From NCBI GenBank assembly GCA_001789205.1, contig MFYT01000019.1, forward strand, positions 1,811-65,810: 64,000 nt of DNA, in the 5' to 3' direction. Below are positions 19,914-27,739 of the stretch, piece by piece; position 1 is the stretch's first letter, and every line of letters begins with the position of its first letter. The DNA comes from Candidatus Raymondbacteria bacterium RIFOXYA2_FULL_49_16 (GTDB lineage: Bacteria > Fibrobacterota > OXYB2-FULL-49-7 > XYB2-FULL-49-35). The position numbers were made by a program, and so were the translations under genes. The notes beneath the pieces were generated by a model, which was given only the letters and a program-made list of their open reading frames with translations, was not told the DNA's origin and ran no database searches.

Positions 19914-20204
19914 ATGGAAAACGCAGTACTCGATATTACCGAACTCAGGATTTATCCAACAAAAAAAGAATCCGCTGTCAGGGCATTCTGCACAGCCACC
20001 TTCAACCACGCGCTATGCGTATCAGGCATCAGGATCAAGGAGGGAAAAAAGGGCGTCTATGTCGCCTTTCCCCTTTCCACAGGCGCAAATGGCAAACGGC
20101 ATCCGATTGTGTTTCCCGTGACCGGCGAAGCCAGGCGCGAGATTTCCAACAGGATTTTGGCCACGTACGTCATCAACCACTGTGTTGATGATTATACGCT
20201 GTGA
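19914..20204 (+). CDS. spoVG: Second, divergent SpoVG family protein
   Basis: ITELRIYP, RAFC..TFN..L.V.GIRI.EG.KG.YVAFP, IVFPVT.EAR..I...IL..Y; RBS AAGGAG. Confidence 0.85.
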   Translation: MENAVLDITELRIYPTKKESAVRAFCTATFNHALCVSGIRIKEGKKGVYVAFPLSTGANGKRHPIVFPVTGEARREISNRILATYVINHCVDDYTL

Positions 20205-20234
20205 AATATATCTTATACCTTAGGAGGGCATGCC

Positions 20235-20597
20235 ATGTCAAACCTGAGGATTGTCGAACATAAGACCGGGCCAGCGGGTAATCTGATTGTCCTGCGAATA
20301 GAGGGGAGCATTGATCAGGCAAACATCGACCAGCTTCAAAAAACCATTGCACGGGTGGTGGCCGGGGGGTGCGCCAGGATCATCGCCAACTGTGAAAAGC
20401 TCTCCTTTATCTCCAGCTCGGGCATTGGGGTCTTTATCGACCTGAAGGAGGTTTTGGGAGAGAAAAATGGCGAACTGGCCTTTGCCGCGGTCACGTCCAA
20501 ATTCCTGAACATCTTTCATAAGGTCGGCGTGGACGAGCTCTTTACCATGTTTCCCGGAGAAAAAGAGGCCCTCAGCCATTTTAACCAGGGCGCTTAG
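20235..20597 (+). CDS. Anti-sigma factor antagonist (RsbV/SpoIIAA-like STAS)
   Basis: VLRIEGSID, IIANCEKLSFISSSGIGVF (phosphoacceptor Ser region), F..E.EAL. Confidence 0.9.
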   Translation: MSNLRIVEHKTGPAGNLIVLRIEGSIDQANIDQLQKTIARVVAGGCARIIANCEKLSFISSSGIGVFIDLKEVLGEKNGELAFAAVTSKFLNIFHKVGVDELFTMFPGEKEALSHFNQGA

Positions 20598-20603
20598 CGT
20601 TTC

Positions 20604-21002
20604 ATGAAGCGGTCATTTCCCTATTCACTCGAATCCCTTGCGGCGGTGCGTCAGCTTGCCGCTGATTTCTGCTCCAACAGCGCCATCAACGAATTGGTGT
20701 GCGGTGAAATGGAGCTTGCGCTCAACGAGGCATGCACCCATATCATCAGCCACCGCGGCAGCAGCACCCAGCCGGACGAAACCTTCCACGTGACTCTTGC
20801 CACTGTGGGCGCCATGCTGGTCGCGTCTGTATCATTTCCCGGCAAACGATACAATTTTATGCAACCAACCAATACGGCGCGCGCCAAAGGACCGGCCATG
20901 AGTCTCTTTGCCGCCTATGTGACCCGGAAAATGGTGGATATGGTCATGTATAATTATCTTCCCGGCAATATTAACGAGCTCCGGCTCATCAAGAACCTGT
21001 AA
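20604..21002 (+). CDS. RsbW-like HATPase_c anti-sigma factor, degenerate ATP site
   Basis: ESLAAVRQ...ELALNEACTHII.H...MVD.V.Y.Y..G..NELRLIK fold; N-box and G-box residues substituted. Confidence 0.78.
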   Translation: MKRSFPYSLESLAAVRQLAADFCSNSAINELVCGEMELALNEACTHIISHRGSSTQPDETFHVTLATVGAMLVASVSFPGKRYNFMQPTNTARAKGPAMSLFAAYVTRKMVDMVMYNYLPGNINELRLIKNL

Positions 21003-21011
21003 GGAGCGCGC

Positions 21012-22505
21012 GTGCCTGTTACTGAAAAAAAACAGCTCGAAAGCCTGTTGCAGGCAAGCGCGGCGCTCCATTCATCCATAGATCTGCCTGAACTTTTACG
21101 TAAAATGATCGACCTCATTTCCGGGGTTCTCGAATGTTCTGGCAGTTCCATCTATGTTTTTGACCAGGCAAAGGGCGAACTAGTGCTTGAGGCTGATACC
21201 GCGGGCAAGGACCTCAATCTCAAGATCGAGGCTGGACCCCGGGTATACGCCGCAGGCGTAGGCGTGCCGGTCCATGTGCGCGATTCCCGGACCGACAAGC
21301 GGTGGGAGGCGTTGGCCCAGGGCGATGAAGGACCGCAGAGCGTGCTCTGTGTTCCCATGCAGTTCAACGGCCAGTCCGTAGGGGTCATTGAGGCCACGGA
21401 TAAAAAGGATGGCGGGCAGTTCGACTACGATGATCTGCAGCTCTTCCAGGGTTTCGCTAATATCTGCGGGGCGGCCATTATAAATGCGCGGCGTTTTTCC
21501 GCGGTCTCGTCCGAAAACAGGAAGCTCAAGGAGACACTCGCGGGCAGCGTGGTCAACCTGATCGGCAATTCAACGGCCGTGCAGAAAATAACCAGTGTTA
21601 TCAAAAAAGTGGCGCATGTCGATTCCATTGTGCTCATTACCGGCGAGAGCGGCACGGGCAAGGAGATCATTGCCCGGAGCATCCATGCGCTTTCGGACCG
21701 CAAAGACAAGCCCTTTATTCCGGTCAACTGCGGTGCTGTGCCAGAGAACCTCCTTGAGAGCGAGCTCTTTGGCCACGAAAAAGGCGCTTTTACAGGCGCA
21801 GACCGCCAGCGCGCGGGCATTTTCGAGGAGGCCGAGGGCGGCACAGTGTTTCTCGACGAGATCGGCGAGACCTCGCTCACTACCCAGGTGAAGCTGCTCA
21901 GGGTGCTCCAGGAGGGCGCCTTCAAACGCGTGGGCTCTAACCGGGAAATAAAGTCGAATGTGCGTGTCATCTCAGCCACCAACCGGAAGCTTGAAGAGCT
22001 GGTCGCTGAAAAAAAATTCAGGGAAGACCTCTATTACCGGATCAATGTTGTGGCCATTCCTGTGCCACCCCTGCGCGAGCGCATGGACGATCTGCCGGTG
22101 CTGGCCGGGTATTTTTTAAAGAAATCGTGCGAAAAGCTCAAAAAGAACAGTGCGGGCATTTCACCAGCGGTCATGCGCCTCTTTTTTTCCTATGAATGGA
22201 AGGGAAACGTGCGCGAATTGGAAAATACCATTGAATCCGCGGTTGCCATGAGTGAAGGTTCCTTCCTTGAACCCGGCGACCTTCCCGTCCGCTTTTCAAG
22301 CGCACTGAGCTCTGCGCCTGGATTCATGTCGCTTGCCCATCTCACGTACGACGAGGCAAAGGACGAGTTTGAAAAGCAGTATTTTTCAGGCCTGCTCCAG
22401 CTCCACAATGGCGATGTGCACAAGGCCGCTGAACAGTCGAAGGTGAGTGAGAAATCGATTGTACGCAGACGCCAGAGATTTGATATTTCCAAGAACAAAG
22501 AGTGA
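21012..22505 (+). CDS. GAF-domain sigma54-dependent transcriptional activator (bEBP, Fis-type HTH)
   Basis: GAF (SVLCVPM..GVIEA..K..F...DL); Walker A GESGTGKE, ESELFGHEKGAFTGA, Walker B VFLDE, FREDLYYR, W.GNVRELEN. Confidence 0.95.
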   Translation: MPVTEKKQLESLLQASAALHSSIDLPELLRKMIDLISGVLECSGSSIYVFDQAKGELVLEADTAGKDLNLKIEAGPRVYAAGVGVPVHVRDSRTDKRWEALAQGDEGPQSVLCVPMQFNGQSVGVIEATDKKDGGQFDYDDLQLFQGFANICGAAIINARRFSAVSSENRKLKETLAGSVVNLIGNSTAVQKITSVIKKVAHVDSIVLITGESGTGKEIIARSIHALSDRKDKPFIPVNCGAVPENLLESELFGHEKGAFTGADRQRAGIFEEAEGGTVFLDEIGETSLTTQVKLLRVLQEGAFKRVGSNREIKSNVRVISATNRKLEELVAEKKFREDLYYRINVVAIPVPPLRERMDDLPVLAGYFLKKSCEKLKKNSAGISPAVMRLFFSYEWKGNVRELENTIESAVAMSEGSFLEPGDLPVRFSSALSSAPGFMSLAHLTYDEAKDEFEKQYFSGLLQLHNGDVHKAAEQSKVSEKSIVRRRQRFDISKNKE

Positions 22506-22506
22506 C

Positions 22507-22541
22507 AAAAAAAGGTGGCATGGGGATTGTTACATGCCACC
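22507..22541 (-). terminator. Intrinsic terminator of the matrixin gene
   Basis: GGTGGCATG (22514-22522) / CATGCCACC (22533-22541) with A7 on the left, i.e. a U-tract on the minus strand. Confidence 0.75.
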
Positions 22542-22563
22542 CGGATGCGCGCGGTCTTCTCCG

Positions 22564-25053
22564 TTATTTCATCAGATAGAGTTTGCCGATCGCCGTTGTT
22601 GCGTCCGCAGCATACCGCACCAGATAGATACCCGATGCAACGGCTCTTCCCTGCGCGTCTTTTCCATTCCACATCGCACGGTACGCGCCCGCGCTGGCCA
22701 ATGTCTTTGCCAGCGTTGTGATATGCCTGCCGTGCAGGTCAAAGATCGCTATTTCAATGTTCTGTTTTTTCTCCACTTCATACGCAATGGTCACCATGGG
22801 GTTAAAGGGGTTGGGCGAGAGCGAGGTAATGGCCGTGGTCATGGCGCGTGCGGGTGTTGGCGACCGTTTTTCAATGGCAATTACGCTGTTCTCCAGTTCA
22901 TTGAACTTTGCCAGTAATAGGGACGATCCGATGTCCGGGGTCGCTGTTGAGGCCGGGTTTTTCGGCGCAAGTGTAATGGCAAAAAGGCCAGCGGACCCGT
23001 CAATAGGTTCTGTGCCTGCAAAGGCCATGCGAATGGACGTGTTCCGGGTGTTATAGGCGCAGGTAAAGCCAATGAGCGCGGCAAGAGGCTCCACAGAGAC
23101 CAGATTGTATTGGGCCGCGTCAAACGCCATTGTCAGTTCACCGGAATAGACCCCCGCCATGTTTTCAGCCGCAATAGAGGTCGTAAAAACATTCTGCAGG
23201 TCAATGGCGGTCTCCGTGGTACGGGAGAAGGAATCGAGCACAACCTTGGCAACCGATCCGGCAAAGCGTTTTGACGGCGCAGGGTCATTGCTGTTTTGCC
23301 GGTTACCGCTTACATCGCCGATCAGAAGCGCCTGTATCTGCACATTGTGGATGGGCGCGGTCAGGGACTGGATGATGGTTGTTTCCGGGGTAACTATCCA
23401 ACGGCCCAGCAGCGTATTGTCGTCAACGCCCACCAAGTACCTGAGTACCAGGGCAGCGTCAAAGGCGGTGATCATTTTATTGCCATTGACGTCAGCGGCC
23501 GTGGTTTGTCCGGCAAAGTCATTCAGGGTCTTGAGCCCCACCAGAGACCTGAGAATGAGCGAAGCGTCATAGGCTGATATGCCATTTGCTATATCACCAG
23601 AGTCCTTGGCGGCAATGAGCCTGAAGGGATCGGTCACTGTCCGGGGGAGGCTGGGGAAAACAAAGGAGCCAGCATTGTCCGAAATGGCCTTTGCAAGCGT
23701 ATCGCCATTGGAGCGCAGCACAACCAGGCGCGCATTATCCACGCCTTTGCCGTTTGCCTTGTAGGTCACAGTACCGTCCACGCTGTAGTCAGGACTGGGT
23801 GCGCATTCCATGGAAATGGTCCCGGCCTTTGTTCCGGCAACAGGATCACCGTCGTTGAATACCGCCTTGGTAATCCTGAATACGATGTCTTTGCCGCATG
23901 CGCTTCCAGGAATGACTGTGCGGATGGTGAAAAGCGGCCCTGTGCCTTCGAGCGGCTGCGTCTGGGCAAAGGCGATCTTGATGGATCCGGACGTGAGATT
24001 TTTCGCAATGGTAGCGCTGGCAATGATCGATCCGGCGGTATCGATGCCGATCACCGTTGCTTCGCTTGCGGTATACGTCAGTTCAATGTTGCCAGAAACA
24101 ATCGCATAGCCGTCGGTAGGGGTCACGCTGACCGGATAGTCGAGTGTGTCATTGGCCGAGACATTCGTATCGTTCGTGAATACGACAAGGTCAGTAACCG
24201 TGATCTGCCAGGCCTGACGCGCATAGGCGCCGTATCTGTCATACGCGTCAGCCACAACTGTATGCGTCCCAATGTCGAGGAATTTTGGATACCAGGTAAT
24301 AAGCCCGGTAAGCGAATCAATCTGCATGTTCAGGGGTTTTGTTGGCAAACGGTATTTAATAGTGTCATTGTCAGCATCTGTTGCAGTGATACGGTATTCA
24401 TATTTGAGTCCCGCAATGGCTTCTTTTATAGGCGCAGAGGAAATCTGCGGGGCATGGTTGTTGGACCCTGTTCTCGGATAGAGCGCGGTAATGCCAAGGC
24501 TGTCGTCAGTCGCAAGATGGCGGTGCGACGTGTCGCCTTTTGACGCATAGGCATACATGACCGCTTTGGTCACGCTGGTGTGGCCAAGACCAAGCGCATG
24601 GCCTATTTCATGCGTGGCAATGTGGCCCACGTCCATTTTTCCGGATTCCGCGCTGGTCGACCACTGGAAATCACGGCCGTTGAAGATAATATCAAAATCA
24701 GAAAGGGCTGAGCTGCTATACCAGTAATAGCACACGGCAATCACGTTGCCGTCAAAGGGAAAACCGCTGCCTTCTTCCCATTTGAGTATATTTGCTTTGT
24801 CGGGCGCCACGCTCTTGGAAGCTGTTGTTCCCACGTATTGCGTGCGGATGGCTGTTCCGGGCGCTTCGCTCCAAACCGAAAAACCCCGGTGAATCGCGTC
24901 GAATTCATTGGTCACATCAGGCGTGCCTTCTTCGTTTATGCAGTATTTCACCTCAGGGTTTGTTCCCTGCCATTTGGGGCCAAGGAACACATAGGAAAAG
25001 CACCAGGTGCACAAGAAAAGAACTGAAAGAATCAGAGTATGAATGGTTTTCAT
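22564..25053 (-). CDS. Matrixin (M10) metalloprotease with He_PIG Ig, cohesin, dockerin, cohesin-like and FlgD/T9SS-like C-terminal domains
   Basis: HEIGHALGLGH plus AVMY Met-turn; NHAPQI..DAD.D....W.P Ig; IKIAFA..GTGPLF cohesin; ISAYDASLILR / ADVNGNKMITAFDAALVLRY dockerin; PNPFNP...IFDLHGR...WNGKD..G..VASGIY. Confidence 0.9.
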   Translation of the reverse strand: MKTIHTLILSVLFLCTWCFSYVFLGPKWQGTNPEVKYCINEEGTPDVTNEFDAIHRGFSVWSEAPGTAIRTQYVGTTASKSVAPDKANILKWEEGSGFPFDGNVIAVCYYWYSSSALSDFDIIFNGRDFQWSTSAESGKMDVGHIATHEIGHALGLGHTSVTKAVMYAYASKGDTSHRHLATDDSLGITALYPRTGSNNHAPQISSAPIKEAIAGLKYEYRITATDADNDTIKYRLPTKPLNMQIDSLTGLITWYPKFLDIGTHTVVADAYDRYGAYARQAWQITVTDLVVFTNDTNVSANDTLDYPVSVTPTDGYAIVSGNIELTYTASEATVIGIDTAGSIIASATIAKNLTSGSIKIAFAQTQPLEGTGPLFTIRTVIPGSACGKDIVFRITKAVFNDGDPVAGTKAGTISMECAPSPDYSVDGTVTYKANGKGVDNARLVVLRSNGDTLAKAISDNAGSFVFPSLPRTVTDPFRLIAAKDSGDIANGISAYDASLILRSLVGLKTLNDFAGQTTAADVNGNKMITAFDAALVLRYLVGVDDNTLLGRWIVTPETTIIQSLTAPIHNVQIQALLIGDVSGNRQNSNDPAPSKRFAGSVAKVVLDSFSRTTETAIDLQNVFTTSIAAENMAGVYSGELTMAFDAAQYNLVSVEPLAALIGFTCAYNTRNTSIRMAFAGTEPIDGSAGLFAITLAPKNPASTATPDIGSSLLLAKFNELENSVIAIEKRSPTPARAMTTAITSLSPNPFNPMVTIAYEVEKKQNIEIAIFDLHGRHITTLAKTLASAGAYRAMWNGKDAQGRAVASGIYLVRYAADATTAIGKLYLMK

Positions 25054-25065
25054 ATGTTCCTCCTT

Positions 25066-25617
25066 TTACCGTGAGGCCCTGTATTCGAGCACTTTTACCT
25101 TGAACTGGTCGAGTGGCAGGTTGTTTCCGGTCTCGACTGGCGTGGTGTCAGCGGTACGTTTGTAGAGGACCACCTTGCCGTCAATTTCCTGGGCGACCCG
25201 CTGAACACCCGAGGCGTCTTTGTATATCTTGTATTTTCCCTGGTAAAGGCCGATGGTCTGCCAGGTTCCCGGCATGGAGGGGTCTTTACGCAGGAAAAGG
25301 ATATTGTCGTCACCAACTTTGTACGTCGTGGTCCCTTCAATCTCCATGGTAACAACACCGACCTTGCCGCCGGGCTGGGCCAGGATAATTTCATTGTCTT
25401 CCTTGTCGCTGATCAGGTCATCGACAATGTTCGCCCGTATGTAGGTGACAATCTGGGTGTTGTCCTTTGTCCACTGGGTCACTGTGCTGGTCACTTTGGC
25501 CTGCACAATCATTTCCGACTCTGTTGACAATTCATCGAGTCCGGCAATGAACATGCTGGTGGCATGGATCCAGGGAACGCAGGCGATCGCGAGCAGCGCG
25601 CATAGTATGGTCTTCAT
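25066..25617 (-). CDS. Secreted OB-fold/NTR(TIMP-N)-like protein
   Basis: Signal peptide IHA|TSM; LDEL...SEMIV.AKV......W....IVT.....PGGKVG....EG...Y.VG...ILFL...GLYQGKY pattern; fold call is by eye. Confidence 0.7.
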   Translation of the reverse strand: MKTILCALLAIACVPWIHATSMFIAGLDELSTESEMIVQAKVTSTVTQWTKDNTQIVTYIRANIVDDLISDKEDNEIILAQPGGKVGVVTMEIEGTTTYKVGDDNILFLRKDPSMPGTWQTIGLYQGKYKIYKDASGVQRVAQEIDGKVVLYKRTADTTPVETGNNLPLDQFKVKVLEYRASR

Positions 25618-25808
25618 AATAGCCCCTTTTTTGAATGGGTACCTGATTTTATATGATATACATAAAGAAAATAGGCTGAACTGGTAATAAAAATGGTTAT
25701 AAAGAGCATGGAAGCCTGAAAAATTTCAGTGCTGGCATGCATTTTAAGCGCAATGCCAAGAGTAAGAGCTGCGATACAATTCAGGGCGAACATTGTTTGT
25801 ATAAACAT
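25614..25808 (-). CDS. Small two-TM membrane protein (64 aa)
   Basis: Strong RBS AGGAGG before ATG 25808; two hydrophobic segments; stop overlaps the next start (ATGA). Confidence 0.55.
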   Translation of the reverse strand: MFIQTMFALNCIAALTLGIALKMHASTEIFQASMLFITIFITSSAYFLYVYHIKSGTHSKKGLL

Positions 25809-25932
25809 TCCAGGCCTCCTTCGTGCGAGTCGTGTATAGCAAGCCAAATGCCTATTGGAAACCTTCCCCTGGTTTTTTTTGAAAATCATATGAATAGCTG
25901 TTCTCTGGTTTTTGCACGCGGCTATTTATAAA

Positions 25933-25976
25933 GACAGACCTGTCCTTTGGCCAAAGAAAGGAAGGACAAATTTGTC
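25933..25976. promoter_or_regulatory. Pair of palindromic GACA-N4-TGTC sites, putative bEBP enhancer (UAS)
   Basis: GACAGACCTGTC 25933-25944 and GACAAATTTGTC 25965-25976, 32 bp apart, upstream of a -24/-12 element. Confidence 0.55.
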
Positions 25977-26029
25977 CCAGGATTATTGTGCTATCGGCAT
26001 AACCAACTGATTTTCAATGCCATATGATG

Positions 26030-26045
26030 CGGCATTGTGTTTGCG
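26030..26045 (+). promoter_or_regulatory. Putative sigma54 (-24/-12) promoter
   Basis: CGGCAT-TGTGT-TTGCG fits TGGCAC-N5-TTGC with exact GG-N10-GC spacing, just upstream of RBS GGAGG and ATG 26067. Confidence 0.6.
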
Positions 26046-26066
26046 AAACCAGTGGTGGAGGCACAC

Positions 26067-26444
26067 ATGACAATGAACTATGAGACAATGACAGTGACCA
26101 TGCGTGAAATCGGGTATCTTTCGGTAGTGGAATTCATCGGAAAACTCGACAACAGGAACCTGAATAGTGTCAATCGTCTTTGCATCCACCTGATGACAAA
26201 ACAGGTCAGTGAATTTGTTTTTGATCTTTCAAAGGTCCTGGATATCTCAAACGCGGTCATGACAATGTTTGTCAATTTCGGCAGGAAAATCCGTGAAGCC
26301 GGAGGCAGGTTCTTCATTATGAAACTGAATCCGCACATTGCTGATAAAATCGCCAGGGTAAAGGAACACGAGGACAAAATCGGCTATTTTGCCGACGAAG
26401 AAGAGGCGGAGGATTTTATCCTTCACGACAACAAGTATCTGTAA
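26067..26444 (+). CDS. STAS domain protein
   Basis: VVEFIGKLD, FVFDLSKVLDISN, GGRFFIM, F.DEEEAE; RBS GGAGG. Confidence 0.85.
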   Translation: MTMNYETMTVTMREIGYLSVVEFIGKLDNRNLNSVNRLCIHLMTKQVSEFVFDLSKVLDISNAVMTMFVNFGRKIREAGGRFFIMKLNPHIADKIARVKEHEDKIGYFADEEEAEDFILHDNKYL

Positions 26445-26467
26445 CAGGACAATCAGGAGCAGACGCG

Positions 26468-26691
26468 ATGGAATACACCAGTTTCCCCAATGTGCTGATT
26501 GTTGACCAGTACTTTCTCATGCGCAAGACCGTGTGCAGTTACCTGCATGGACGTTTCGCCTGTCATGAAAAATGACCATGAACGATACACTGCGCGCCAT
26601 TCCCCTGTATATCGATGAAGATGCATTCAGGGCCCGCGCATGTAAAGGCGCTGGGCTAGGCATGTTTTATCCGAATCTCAGAAGTGTCTAG
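26468..26691 (+). pseudogene. Truncated CheY-like receiver domain remnant
   Basis: RBS AGGAG; MEYTSFPNVLIVDQYFLMRKTVCSYL...stop at 26573-26575; another frame gives DTLRAIPL, resembling the receiver beta4 region. Confidence 0.5.
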
Positions 26692-26699
26692 ACACGCGT

Positions 26700-27674
26700 C
26701 TATTGTTTGTACCTGGAAAAATCACCGAATACCCGCACTCCCAGCGTATCATCCACGGTCATCGCGGCTTCCACAAGACCTGCCAATTCATTTCTGATGA
26801 ATATCGCTGTTGAAAAGGCGTCGGCCCGTATTGGGTCTTTGCATATGACCGTGGCGCTGATTGTTCCCTGTGCAGGGTATCCTGTGGCAATGTCAAAAAT
26901 GTGGTGATAGCGGGTTTTTCCATCAAGAAAGAAACGTTCATAGTCGCCTGATGTGACAATGGAGGTGTTGGAGAGGCGCACTGTTGCTATGACCGAATCC
27001 TGGTTGCGGGGATGGCGGATGCCAATGACCCACTCTTCGTTGCCGGGTTTCGGGTCTCCGCAGACAATGTCGCCGCCCGCATTGATCATGAATGAAGAGA
27101 TCCCTTGCGCCTTGGCGATTTCCGCCATTTTTTTCAGGGCATATCCTTTGGCAATGCCTCCAAGATCAATACGTATGGCCGTATCGGCGAAAAAGAGGGT
27201 GTCTTTGCGTACTGATACATTGCGAAAATTGACATGCGTAAGCGCTTGGTTAATCAAGGGATCAGCAGGGCGGGCAGGAGTAAGGTCAGCGCCAAAGCCC
27301 CAGAGCCATTTTACCGGTCCAATGGTACAGTCAAATATTCCTTTTGTTTCAGAGCCGATGTCCAGGGCTTGCTGCACGAGCGCAACGACTTCAGGGAGCG
27401 TCTGGATCCACTGTTTGTTTGTCCGGTGGTTTATCTGCCAGACCGCGCTTCCTGCAACGTGTGCGCCAAAGAGCTGTTCAATTCGCTTTGCCTCCTGGGC
27501 AAGCGCGTCCATGGCATGGTTTGCCGCCTTTGTCGAGGGTGCGTAAAGAACAACCTCCACCATGGTATCCATGGCGAAAAAGTGCTGTTTGTGCCGTTTT
27601 AGACCCTGAGAACAGGAAAAAAGGAGAAGACCGAGACAGAAGATCATGGTCCAACGTCCGGCAAGGAGGCGCAT
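26700..27674 (-). CDS. apbE: FAD:protein FMN transferase (ApbE) lipoprotein
   Basis: Lipobox LFSC; AMDT, FDCTIGP..LWGF, DLGGIAKGYA, NAGGD, TSGDYERF...RYHHI.D..TG.P, ADAFSTA. Confidence 0.93.
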   Translation of the reverse strand: MRLLAGRWTMIFCLGLLLFSCSQGLKRHKQHFFAMDTMVEVVLYAPSTKAANHAMDALAQEAKRIEQLFGAHVAGSAVWQINHRTNKQWIQTLPEVVALVQQALDIGSETKGIFDCTIGPVKWLWGFGADLTPARPADPLINQALTHVNFRNVSVRKDTLFFADTAIRIDLGGIAKGYALKKMAEIAKAQGISSFMINAGGDIVCGDPKPGNEEWVIGIRHPRNQDSVIATVRLSNTSIVTSGDYERFFLDGKTRYHHIFDIATGYPAQGTISATVICKDPIRADAFSTAIFIRNELAGLVEAAMTVDDTLGVRVFGDFSRYKQ

Positions 27675-27739
27675 ATTAAATAAACATACTATTTTTCACC
27701 TTTGACTATAAATAATAGAATAACGTATCTTTTCCCACT

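Noticed and set aside
27675-27739. FMN riboswitch upstream of ribD
   Set aside because: Only 65 bp and no conserved motif.
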